From the IMG/VR virus record IMGVR_UViG_3300032269_000733, positions 1-56,040 of that record: DNA of 56,040 nt, one strand, 5' to 3'. The translations under genes were made by a program, and so were the position numbers. Every line of letters begins with the position of its first letter. Within the stretch, counting starts at the first letter, position 1. This DNA comes from a virus. Taxonomy: Duplodnaviria; Caudoviricetes. The notes below the pieces were generated by a model. The model did no database searches. It was not told where the DNA came from and saw nothing but the letters and a program-made list of their open reading frames with translations. Of the stretch, positions 39,604 to 48,516 are shown one piece after another.

Positions 39604-39797
39604 ACAACCTCCTCATCGCTTATAAAACGTTTACCATCAAACAACTTCCAAGCCTTACAACATAAACACTCAGGCTCATAGTCTTCACATTTAGCACCCC
39701 AATGGTCAACCATCCTAGCCAATGGCTCTGCGACCTTGGGAACTTTACGTCTTATGCCACGAATTGCTCGTGGGTCATCAGGAAATAAAACAGTCAT
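39600..39797 (-). CDS. Small Cys-containing protein
   Basis: AGGAGG SD; HWG.KC.DYEPEC.CC.AW. Confidence 0.65.
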   Translation of the reverse strand: MTVLFPDDPRAIRGIRRKVPKVAEPLARMVDHWGAKCEDYEPECLCCKAWKLFDGKRFISDEEVV

Positions 39798-39834
39798 ACA
39801 ACCTCCTTGTTGGTTATAAAACGTTTACCATCAA
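39600..39834. repeat. 41-bp imperfect direct repeat pair (39600-39640, 39794-39834)
   Basis: TCATACAACCTCCT-N6-TTATAAAACGTTTACCATCAA twice, 194 bp apart. Confidence 0.9.
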
Positions 39835-40130
39835 TCTTCATTCAATACCTCCAATTGTTCTTTGATAAATTTTTCTTGTTGAGCGATTTGATCTTTTAAG
39901 CAATCAATTGCAACGCTTAAAGAAATTGAATTAACACGACCCTTGCGAGCCAATGCGTACATGTTGTCAGTCCAATAATAAGACAATGTGCCGTAAGCAA
40001 TAATTGCACCACTTTTACACTTGCCCTCGTCTACTAAACGACTGATGATTTCATCGTTTGCACGTTTTTTAGATACAAGTCCATCATTTTCAAACGCATG
40101 ATGCCAAGCAATTTTTTGATTTGATTTCAT
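39831..40130 (-). CDS. Hypothetical protein, first gene of early operon
   Basis: 99 aa, AGGAGG SD at 40135-40140. Confidence 0.65.
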   Translation of the reverse strand: MKSNQKIAWHHAFENDGLVSKKRANDEIISRLVDEGKCKSGAIIAYGTLSYYWTDNMYALARKGRVNSISLSVAIDCLKDQIAQQEKFIKEQLEVLNED

Positions 40131-40144
40131 ACATCCTCCTGTTA

Positions 40145-40610
40145 AGTGAAAATAAATCCTCTAGCACACTGCTTTTGCAATGCGCTATGAGACTTAATCT
40201 CGTTGAGTACTATCTACGTTGCCACTGTTTAAAAGGGTTACTACCTGATAAGTGCAACGCAATGAATGGTTTATGAAGTGAACCATTGGCACTGCTCGTC
40301 AGCGATTCATGACATCGCATCAGAAAGAACAACCAATCGCTTGGTAACTATCAGCACTCGTACAGGTTGTCAGCCCTGTAGTCTAGGTGGTCACGTCTCA
40401 CATCTCGTTCATCTCGCTGAGTTCCACTTCAACTTGACTACTAGCCTTTGACGCACAGTTTATAGCCCTGATATTGGCTTCACCTTTACTTTTACAACGC
40501 ACTGTGACCTGACGTTGACCTCTTTACTTTATTCACGCACTAGGCTCTGACGTGTCGGTGGTTACTCACCGTTTGTATTACTGATATTACTGTTTGTGTT
40601 GCATTGATAT
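40145..40610 (-). ncRNA. Candidate large structured non-coding RNA / leader (~470 nt)
   Basis: More than ten complementary segments, G-U pairs only on minus strand, GNRA loop, crossing helices, 38-nt internal repeat; no credible ORF. Confidence 0.65.
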
Positions 40611-40612
40611 CA

Positions 40613-40643
40613 ATTATAACCACATGTTTAAACAGTATTGCAA
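40613..40643 (-). promoter_or_regulatory. Putative early promoter
   Basis: Minus strand TTGCAA-N19-TATAAT (long spacer) with GTTTAAAC in the spacer and an A-tract upstream. Confidence 0.5.
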
Positions 40644-40686
40644 ATATTTTTTTTAAGTTTATATGCTTTTGGTGCAATTCTAATTA

Positions 40687-40699
40687 AATCAATGACTTA
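40687..40699 (+). promoter_or_regulatory. IHF consensus site
   Basis: AATCAA-TGAC-TTA matches WATCAANNNNTTR in the divergent control region. Confidence 0.4.
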
Positions 40700-41001
40700 C
40701 AAGGGTGCAAAAAAGACACGAAATACGGCTGACAGGTACTTTTTAACGGAAATTTTTCACTGGCTCACTGCATGAGCCTGACTGTTTAAACGTTGAGATA
40801 TTGCAGGGGGAAGATAGCGAAGCGAAACAGTTGAATCATGACGTAGAGAGATATAAAAGAATCATCAGGGTGTTAACAAGCAAACATGTGAGAGCCTTAC
40901 AACACAAGGAATAGAGAACGAATAGCGAACCTTGTTTACTTCACATGTTTAAACGATTAGCATTGAATCATTGATGCATAAACTGATGAGAGAGTAAAAC
41001 C

Positions 41002-41688
41002 ATGAATGAAGATAAGAAACCTGAGAGCCTTGTAAACATTGGCTTAGATAGTGCGTTACTTGAGAACAGTGATATCAAAGTAGGCGAGGGCAACTATAGC
41101 GAAGCGATACGGTCTGCCGTACAACGTAGTACACCAAAGAAGAAAGTAAATGGATTGCCATATGGTGTACACACTAAACAAGAGAAAGAAGACAAACTAG
41201 AGACAGACAGTAAACACAAGGCAAGTACTGTACTCAAGGATAAGAGACTCACTGCCAAGATGAGAGCATTTGCTACATATGTAGCACTAGGTGACTCACC
41301 AAGAGATGCCGTACAGAAAGCATATGACTGCTCGAAGTCAACACAAGCAAGCATTATGGTACTTGCGAACAGGTTAATGAGGGATGTAAGGATAAATGTT
41401 TTAATCGAGTCTCTCACTGACGTCACCAAAGAAGCAATACTCAAAGAGGAACTCAAGACACGTCAGAAAGTGCTAGACGAACTGTACGACCACGCTATGC
41501 ACAAAGACAATCCACTGTCACTACGCATACGCAGTCTAGAACTGCTTGGCAAGTCAGTAGGCATGTTTACTGACAGGGTCGAAACAAAGACTGATGTTCA
41601 CGACATTGACCAACTCAAGAAAGAACTAGAGCAATCAATGAATCTACACAATGAAACTAACAAGGTTCGACAAGATCTAACACACTAA
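41002..41688 (+). CDS. terS: Terminase small subunit-like protein
   Basis: LTAKMRAFA..V..G.....A...AY HTH; RIRSLELLGK.VGMFTDR motif; upstream of TerL. Confidence 0.75.
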   Translation: MNEDKKPESLVNIGLDSALLENSDIKVGEGNYSEAIRSAVQRSTPKKKVNGLPYGVHTKQEKEDKLETDSKHKASTVLKDKRLTAKMRAFATYVALGDSPRDAVQKAYDCSKSTQASIMVLANRLMRDVRINVLIESLTDVTKEAILKEELKTRQKVLDELYDHAMHKDNPLSLRIRSLELLGKSVGMFTDRVETKTDVHDIDQLKKELEQSMNLHNETNKVRQDLTH

Positions 41689-41994
41689 ACGTTTAAACGA
41701 CTATGATGTTTAAACAGTGATGATATCTTTGAAACCCTTTGTTTATAAGGCTTTGGGGGGTATACGATGTTTAAACGCTAATATGGTAAAGTTGCGACCC
41801 CTATGACCCCTTTTTTTTGGAAAGGGTACCTACCCATCCTTACAGTCTATTCCACTCATTCCCTCACCACTAATTACCCACAAGAACGTTCCCCCCCCCA
41901 CCCCCTTCTTGTTTAAACCCATTGACATAGAAACGTTTCTATGGAATACTACCCATGAACGTTTCCTGTTTAAACATGGGGGGATATATATAAA
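41689..41994. other. Non-coding spacer, candidate packaging site / genome end and late promoter region
   Basis: Five GTTTAAAC, G6, T8 and C9AC5 runs, palindromes; between terS and terL operons. Confidence 0.45.
41922..41950 (+). promoter_or_regulatory. Promoter with perfect 18-bp palindromic operator
   Basis: TTGACA-N17-AATACT; CATAGAAACGTTTCTATG at 41926-41943. Confidence 0.6.
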
Positions 41995-42168
41995 ATGAAA
42001 ACAAGTGAATTGACTGAAAAAGATTTTATGGTCATAAACTATTTAAATGAGTTGTCTAGGACTCACCGACTCAAGTTACTATTTATCTTTGAAGATGTAA
42101 AAAATACCATCATGCAGGATGAAGCTAAAAAGCAGATGGAACAATTGATTGACAGGGTAAAATTATGA
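41995..42168 (+). CDS. Hypothetical 57-aa protein (not in ORF track)
   Basis: MKTSELTEKDFMVINYLNELS...; ATGA overlap with next gene. Confidence 0.55.
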   Translation: MKTSELTEKDFMVINYLNELSRTHRLKLLFIFEDVKNTIMQDEAKKQMEQLIDRVKL

Positions 42169-42395
42169 CAGAGCGTCAGAAAATAGTCTTGGACTTTATT
42201 TCCATGTACATCAAGATGAAGGGTTTTCCACCGTCATATCAAGAGATTGCTATTGGTTTAAACCTGAGGAGTAAGAGTAATATCCATAGAATTATTCATT
42301 CCTTGCAAAAAAAAGGATTGCTTCACGTGAAACCTCACATGATTAGATCCCTGAAAGTAATTGATAAATCCGTGGATAAGATGGTTTCCTTGTGA
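42165..42395 (+). CDS. LexA-type winged-helix DNA-binding domain protein (no peptidase domain)
   Basis: TERQ..VLDFI...I...GFPPS..EIA..L...S.S.IH.....L.KKG. Confidence 0.88.
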   Translation: MTERQKIVLDFISMYIKMKGFPPSYQEIAIGLNLRSKSNIHRIIHSLQKKGLLHVKPHMIRSLKVIDKSVDKMVSL

Positions 42396-43906
42396 TAGAC
42401 AATTTACTCACGCAGGAGCAGTTAAAAGCCTACATGGATAGGCTAGTGTCTTTACCCAAAGACCATCCTGATGTGCCCAAGATAAGGATTGTCCTTGATG
42501 ATGACAATCAAAAAAGAGCAAGGCAGTACTTCCTGCCGTTTGTTAACAGGATGTGGCCCGGTTTTATCTTTGGTAAACACCATGCAATCATGGCAGAAGC
42601 GTTTGAACGGGTCGCCAAAGGCGAGCTCAAAAGACTAATTATCAACATGCCACCAAGGCATACTAAGTCCGAGTTTGCATCATTCATGTTTCCTGCATGG
42701 TTTCTAGGTAAATACCCTAATAAGAAGATTATTCAAACTGCCCACACATCGGAACTCGCAGTGAACTTTGGTAGGAAAGTCAGAAACTTAGTCAACACCT
42801 CGCAGTACCAAGACATCTTTGAAACCAAGCTATCAAGTGATTCCAAGGCGGCAGGACGATGGAATACTCACGCAGGAGGTGATTATTTTGCGATTGGTGT
42901 GGGTGGTGCAGTGACAGGTAAAGGTGCGGATGTATTGATTATTGATGATCCACATTCGGAACAAGAAGCCATGCAAGGTAATCCTGAGGTGTATGACAGA
43001 GTCTATGAATGGTTTTCTTCAGGTCCTCGTCAGCGTTTACAGCCAGGTGGTTCAATTATTGTAGTGATGACCCGTTGGTCAAAAAAGGATTTAACAGGAC
43101 AGATTATTGATAATTCCTTAAAAAGAGATGGCAGTAATGAGTGGGAAGTCATTCAATTGCCTGCTTTAATGCCCTCAGGAGTGCCACAATGGCCCCAATT
43201 TTGGAGTAAAGAAGAGCTTGATGCTATTAAAGCAGAACTCCCTGTTGGTAAATGGGAAGCACAATATCAACAGAATCCTACCTCAGAAGAAGGCGCTATT
43301 ATTAAACGGGAATATTGGAAGATATGGGAGCAAGAAAACCCACCGTTTTGTGATTATTTGATTCAGTCATGGGACACTGCCTTTGAAAAGAATAACAGGG
43401 CGGACTATTCTGTCTGTACAACATGGGGAATCTTCTACCATCCTGATGATAAAGGCATGGAACAAGCCAATATTATCTTGCTTGATTGTTTTAAGGGCAG
43501 ACTAGAATTCCCTGAACTCAAAGAAAAAGCATTTGAATTGTACAAAGAATGGAATCCTGATAGCTTGATTGTGGAAAAAAAGGCAGCAGGAGCTCCTCTT
43601 ATTTATGAAATGCGCAGAATGGGAATTCCTTTGCAGGAATATACACCAAGCAAAGGTAATGATAAAATAGCCCGTGTAAACGCTGTGTCTGATTTGTTTC
43701 GCTCAGGTTTTGTTTGGTGCCCTGACCTCAGGTGGGCAGAAGAGGTTGTAGAAGAATGTGCTAGTTTTCCAAATGGCGATCATGATGACATAGTAGACTC
43801 AACTAGTCAGGCTCTGTTAAGATTTAGGCAGGGTGGATTTATTCGTTTAAACAACGATGAACCTGATGAAGTTCAAGAGTTTAAACGCAAAGTGGCATAC
43901 TACTAA
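42392..43906 (+). CDS. terL: Terminase large subunit
   Basis: INMPPRHTKS, TGKGAD.LIIDDP, MTRW, QSWDTA, FPNGDHDD.VD. Confidence 0.96.
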   Translation: MIDNLLTQEQLKAYMDRLVSLPKDHPDVPKIRIVLDDDNQKRARQYFLPFVNRMWPGFIFGKHHAIMAEAFERVAKGELKRLIINMPPRHTKSEFASFMFPAWFLGKYPNKKIIQTAHTSELAVNFGRKVRNLVNTSQYQDIFETKLSSDSKAAGRWNTHAGGDYFAIGVGGAVTGKGADVLIIDDPHSEQEAMQGNPEVYDRVYEWFSSGPRQRLQPGGSIIVVMTRWSKKDLTGQIIDNSLKRDGSNEWEVIQLPALMPSGVPQWPQFWSKEELDAIKAELPVGKWEAQYQQNPTSEEGAIIKREYWKIWEQENPPFCDYLIQSWDTAFEKNNRADYSVCTTWGIFYHPDDKGMEQANIILLDCFKGRLEFPELKEKAFELYKEWNPDSLIVEKKAAGAPLIYEMRRMGIPLQEYTPSKGNDKIARVNAVSDLFRSGFVWCPDLRWAEEVVEECASFPNGDHDDIVDSTSQALLRFRQGGFIRLNNDEPDEVQEFKRKVAYY

Positions 43907-43915
43907 GGATAATAT

Positions 43916-46441
43916 ATGGCAATCGAAAAATCTCTTTCTCAAGCACCAATGGGTATTGAAAGTTTATTGGATGAACCTGAAATTGAAATTGAAATTGATT
44001 TAGGCGATGAAAGTGGATTTGAAGAAGAGGTAGAAAGTCCTGCCATTAGTTTTGAAGGAAATCTTGCAGAAGAGATGGACGAGAGTCAACTGCAAATCAT
44101 TGCTCAGGAGTTATTGAGTGATTTTCAGGATGACTTAGATTCCCGTAAAGATTGGATGCAGACCTATGTGGATGGTCTTGAACTCCTTGGATTAAAGATT
44201 GAAGAGAGAAGTGAGCCTTGGGAAGGTGCTTGTGGAGTCTATCATCCAATCCTAGCAGAAGCACTTGTCAAGTTTCAAGCAGAGACGATGATGGCAACAT
44301 TTCCTGCTCAAGGTCCTGTAAGAACGCAAATTATTGGCAAAGAAACACCGCAGAAAAAAGAATCAGCATTGCGTGTCCAAGATGATATGAATTATCAACT
44401 TATGGATAGAATGCAGGAATACCGACCTGAACATGAAAGAATGTTATGGGGATTAGGTCTTTCAGGTAATGCGTTTAAGAAAGTGTACTTTGATCCACAC
44501 TTAAGACGGCAAGCATCTATTTACGTGCCAGCAGAAGACATTGTTGTGCCATATGGCGCAAGTAGTCTTGAAACTGCCGAGCGTGTTACCCATGTCATGC
44601 GTAAAACAGAAAATGATTTACGTAGACTCATGGTTGCAGGATTTTATCGAGATGTTGATTTAGATGAGCCTGCCAATGATTTAGATGAAGTAGAAAAGAA
44701 AATTGCAGAAAAACTAGGCTTTCGAGCAACAATGGATAGTCGTTACAAAGTCCTAGAAATGATGGTCGATTTAGACTTAGAAGGGTATGAAGATCTAGAT
44801 GAAGAAGGTAATCCAACGGGAATTAAATTACCGTACATTGTTACTATTGAAAAAGGTTCATCTACCATTCTAGCAATTCGTAGAAATTGGAAGGAAGAAG
44901 ATGAAAGCAATCAAAAACGTCAACACTTCGTTCATTATGGATATATACCGGGTTTTGGTTTTTATTGTTTTGGACTTATTCATATTCTTGGTGCTTATGC
45001 CAAGTCAGGTACTTCCATTACCCGCCAATTGGTTGATGCAGGAACACTATCTAATCTGCCAGGAGGGTTTAAAACTCGTGGTTTACGTGTTAAAGGAGAT
45101 GACACACCTATAGCGCCAGGAGAGTTTAGGGATGTAGATGTACCAAGCGGAGCCATCAAAGATAACATTTTACCGTTGCCATACAAAGAACCAAGTCAGG
45201 TCTTAGCGCAATTGCTTGACCGCATCATGGCAGAGGCAAGAGCTTTTGCTAGTGCAGGTGATTTAAAGATTTCAGACATGTCAAGCCAAGCGCCGGTAGG
45301 AACTACCATGGCTATCTTGGAACGTACCTTAAAGATGACATCTGCTATTCAAGCACGTATCTATTACTCCATGCAACAAGAATTCCAATTGCTCAAGGAA
45401 ATCATTGCTGAGAATTGTGAAGACTATGACTATGAACCTGAAGAAGGTAGTCGTTATGTCAAAAAAGAAGACTATGAATGTTGTGATGTAATTCCTGTTA
45501 GCGATCCAAATGCCGCTACCATGGCACAAAAAATTGTTAAATATCAAGCAGTTCTGCAATTAGCAAGTCAGGCACCACAGTTATATAACATGCCTTTATT
45601 GCACCGTGAAATGCTTGAGGTGATTGGCATGAAACATGCAAATAAGTTAATTCCATTAGATTCAGACCAAAAGCCAACCGACCCTGTTTCAGAAAATCAA
45701 AATGTATTGATGGGCAAACCGGTTAAAGCATTTGCTTATCAAAACCACCCCGCACATATTCAAGTGCACATGTCTGCGATGCAAGATCCTAAGATTATGA
45801 TGTTATTGCAAAATAATCCAATGGCTCCGCAACTGCAAGCATCTATGATGGCACACATCAATGAGCATTTAGGATTTGAATATCGAGTGCAAATTGAGCA
45901 ACAGCTAGGGTTTTCCCTACCGCCACAAATGGATGAGTCAGGCGAAGAACAGCACATGGATCCACAAGTGGAAGCACAGTTGGCTCCCATGTTGGCACAA
46001 GCCTCACAACGTTTATTGCAACAAAATCAATCAGAAATGCAACAACAACAGAATCAACAAAAAGCGCAAGACCCGTTGGTTCAGTTACAACAGCAAGAGA
46101 TGCAACTCAAGCAAGCAGAATTGCAATTAAAACAACAAACAAGCGCTGCCGAAATTCAAATGAAACAACAGCAAATTCAGATTGAACAGGCAAGAATTCA
46201 AGCGCAACATGATGCGGCAATCCAAACACAACAGATGATAGCTTCAAGTAAGAAAGAAAAAATGCAGGCAGATGCATCATCCAAATTAGCTGAAATTGAA
46301 CTCAAGAAGAGTGAAATGAAAATGGATGTTTTAAAAGAAGTTGCTAATTTACAACAAAAACGTAAATTAACAAAAGAAGAGTTGTTGCATGACAGCATGA
46401 AACATGCAGTGGCTGAAGAAAACAAAAGAAAAGGTGATTAA
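43916..46441 (+). CDS. Portal protein
   Basis: 841 aa directly after TerL; G.AFKKVYFD; Gln-rich C-terminal barrel-like coiled coil. Confidence 0.88.
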   Translation: MAIEKSLSQAPMGIESLLDEPEIEIEIDLGDESGFEEEVESPAISFEGNLAEEMDESQLQIIAQELLSDFQDDLDSRKDWMQTYVDGLELLGLKIEERSEPWEGACGVYHPILAEALVKFQAETMMATFPAQGPVRTQIIGKETPQKKESALRVQDDMNYQLMDRMQEYRPEHERMLWGLGLSGNAFKKVYFDPHLRRQASIYVPAEDIVVPYGASSLETAERVTHVMRKTENDLRRLMVAGFYRDVDLDEPANDLDEVEKKIAEKLGFRATMDSRYKVLEMMVDLDLEGYEDLDEEGNPTGIKLPYIVTIEKGSSTILAIRRNWKEEDESNQKRQHFVHYGYIPGFGFYCFGLIHILGAYAKSGTSITRQLVDAGTLSNLPGGFKTRGLRVKGDDTPIAPGEFRDVDVPSGAIKDNILPLPYKEPSQVLAQLLDRIMAEARAFASAGDLKISDMSSQAPVGTTMAILERTLKMTSAIQARIYYSMQQEFQLLKEIIAENCEDYDYEPEEGSRYVKKEDYECCDVIPVSDPNAATMAQKIVKYQAVLQLASQAPQLYNMPLLHREMLEVIGMKHANKLIPLDSDQKPTDPVSENQNVLMGKPVKAFAYQNHPAHIQVHMSAMQDPKIMMLLQNNPMAPQLQASMMAHINEHLGFEYRVQIEQQLGFSLPPQMDESGEEQHMDPQVEAQLAPMLAQASQRLLQQNQSEMQQQQNQQKAQDPLVQLQQQEMQLKQAELQLKQQTSAAEIQMKQQQIQIEQARIQAQHDAAIQTQQMIASSKKEKMQADASSKLAEIELKKSEMKMDVLKEVANLQQKRKLTKEELLHDSMKHAVAEENKRKGD

Positions 46442-46638
46442 TGGATAAGAATCTTGAATTTCTTCTTAGTGAATACAAGGATCGTATGGGCTATCTTGCA
46501 CAAAGTTTAGCCCAAGGTTCTGTAGCTACTATAGAAGAATACAGGTATATATGTGGACAAATCCGAGGTCTTGAGTCCGCATGTGCAGTTATCGTAGACC
46601 TCAAAAACCGAATGGAAGTCAACGCAGATATTGATTAG
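46441..46638 (+). CDS. Small head-region protein
   Basis: L..G......EY...CG.I.GL motif after portal. Confidence 0.7.
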   Translation: MDKNLEFLLSEYKDRMGYLAQSLAQGSVATIEEYRYICGQIRGLESACAVIVDLKNRMEVNADID

Positions 46639-46662
46639 CCGTTTAAACAACTTGGAGAAATA

Positions 46663-47073
46663 ATGGAGATTTTAATTGGTGCAAACCCAACAAATCCAGA
46701 AGTAGTCGGAACCCTGCATAAGGATCCCGAACAAAGAGCAACACAATTACCTGACCCTATGGGCTATCGCATGCTAGTAGCCATCCCTGACGCAGAAAAA
46801 ACCTTTGATGGTTCAGTTTTAGAAAAGGCAGATTCAACAATATATCGTGAAGAAGTCTTATCAACTGTCTTTTTTGTTATAAAAATGGGACCTGATTGCT
46901 ATCAAGATAAAGAAAAGTTTCCTACAGGACCTTGGTGTCAAGTGGGCGATTTTATTTTAGCAAGACCTAACTCAGGTACACGACTAAAAATACATGGTAA
47001 AGAATTTCGATTAATCAATGATGACTCTGTGGAAGCTGTAGTTGAAGATCCACGTGGCATTACACGAGCATAA
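46663..47073 (+). CDS. groES: GroES/Cpn10-like co-chaperonin
   Basis: P.GYRMLV, V..MGP, VGD.IL....SGT.L...GKEF.LIND.SV.AVV. Confidence 0.8.
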   Translation: MEILIGANPTNPEVVGTLHKDPEQRATQLPDPMGYRMLVAIPDAEKTFDGSVLEKADSTIYREEVLSTVFFVIKMGPDCYQDKEKFPTGPWCQVGDFILARPNSGTRLKIHGKEFRLINDDSVEAVVEDPRGITRA

Positions 47074-47083
47074 GGGGAATAAC

Positions 47084-48043
47084 ATGGCAGAAAACGAAAC
47101 AGAATATAGATTTCCTGATGAATTGGAAGAAAATCAAGAAAATATGAGCGTTCGGATTGAAAAACCCGAAGAAAATATAAATATTGAGATAGAAATTGAA
47201 GACGATACACCTCCTGAAGATAGGAATCGTAAGCCTCCAATGTCACAAGAAAAGATTGACGAGTTAGAAAAAGACGAATTAACTCAATATACCGAGGATG
47301 TTCGCTCAAAAATAAGTCAATTAAAGAAGGCAATGCACGATGAGCGCAGGGCAAAAGAAGCAGCGCTTCGGGAACATCAAGAAGCTATTTATTTAGCCCG
47401 TCAATTAATGGATGAGCGTAATAAATTTAAGCAAATTGTTGAAAGAGGAGAAAAATCTTATGTAGATACTATCCAACATTCAGCAAATCTTGAACTTCAA
47501 ATGGCAAAACGTGCATATAAAGAGGCATATGAGTCAGGAGACGTAGATGCAATGACAGAAGCACAACATTTACTCAATGTTGCGTCTATGAAAGTGCGAG
47601 AAACACAAAATTTTCGCATTACTCCTTTACAAGAAGAGCAAATTGATGTAAAAATACCCCAACGGAGTGTACAACAGCCTCCACCACCTGATAACAGAGC
47701 AATTGCGTGGCAAGAACGCAATCCATGGTTTGGTCAGGATGAGGAAATGACTGCAATGGCTTACGGTTTGCACGAAAAACTTAAGAATAGCGGTGTTGTA
47801 CCCGGCTCTGATCGGTATTATGCGGAATTGGACAAGACAATACGCAGAAGGTTCCCTGAAAACTTTGAAGATGAAGAACCGCCACCTGAGCGAGTTAAGA
47901 AAAATTCAATTGTTGTGGCACCTGCAACAAGAAGCACTAACTCTAACAAAGTTAAGCTTAAAACAAGTGAACTTAATATAGCAAAAAAATTAGGTTTAAC
48001 CCCTGAACAATATGCAATCGAAGCAAGAAAATTGGAGCGATAA
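47084..48043 (+). CDS. Probable capsid scaffolding protein
   Basis: Acidic N-terminus, long coiled coil, W..RNPWFG, KLGL..EQYA; start moved to ATG 47084. Confidence 0.7.
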   Translation: MAENETEYRFPDELEENQENMSVRIEKPEENINIEIEIEDDTPPEDRNRKPPMSQEKIDELEKDELTQYTEDVRSKISQLKKAMHDERRAKEAALREHQEAIYLARQLMDERNKFKQIVERGEKSYVDTIQHSANLELQMAKRAYKEAYESGDVDAMTEAQHLLNVASMKVRETQNFRITPLQEEQIDVKIPQRSVQQPPPPDNRAIAWQERNPWFGQDEEMTAMAYGLHEKLKNSGVVPGSDRYYAELDKTIRRRFPENFEDEEPPPERVKKNSIVVAPATRSTNSNKVKLKTSELNIAKKLGLTPEQYAIEARKLER

Positions 48044-48044
48044 A

Positions 48045-48494
48045 ATGAGTGACACAAGAGCATCTCGTGAATTAAAAACCAGAGAATTTACAGAGCGTCC
48101 TAAACAGTGGATGCCACCGGAACTTCTCCCTGAGCCCGACAAGCAGGCTGGGTTTTCCTATCGTTGGATTCGTGTTTCAACACTAACTAACTCTGACCCC
48201 CGTAATATTTCAGCAAAATTTAGGGAAGGGTGGGAGCCAGTCAGTATTGAAGAACAACCAAAATTTAAACTGTTAGCTAATACCGATGGTAAGTTTAAAG
48301 ACAACATCGAGATTGGCGGGCTATTACTTTGCAAAACTCCAACTGAGTTTATTGAACAGCGTACGAAACATTACGATAATCAAACACAAGCTCAGACGGA
48401 AGCTGTAGATAATAGTTTAATGCGTCAAAGTGATCCTAGAATGCCTCTCTTTAAAGAGAATAAATCTTCGACCACTTTTGGCAGAGGAAGTTAA
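48045..48494 (+). CDS. Conserved head-region protein
   Basis: W.PP..LP.P, YRWIR, REGWEPV, IGGLLLC. Confidence 0.7.
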   Translation: MSDTRASRELKTREFTERPKQWMPPELLPEPDKQAGFSYRWIRVSTLTNSDPRNISAKFREGWEPVSIEEQPKFKLLANTDGKFKDNIEIGGLLLCKTPTEFIEQRTKHYDNQTQAQTEAVDNSLMRQSDPRMPLFKENKSSTTFGRGS

Positions 48495-48516
48495 ACTTTT
48501 TTAAATGGAGAATTAA

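Noticed and set aside
40266-40451. 61-aa plus-strand ORF in the control region
   Set aside because: No SD, antisense to the early operon, composition unlike real genes; region better explained as structured RNA
40484-40553. Possible CRISPR or TIGR mini-array
   Set aside because: Only two units, variable parts 4-6 nt, no cas or Nop-domain gene recognised
42165-42395. Prophage repressor implying lysogeny
   Set aside because: No peptidase domain, no divergent cro, no integrase or att site in the window
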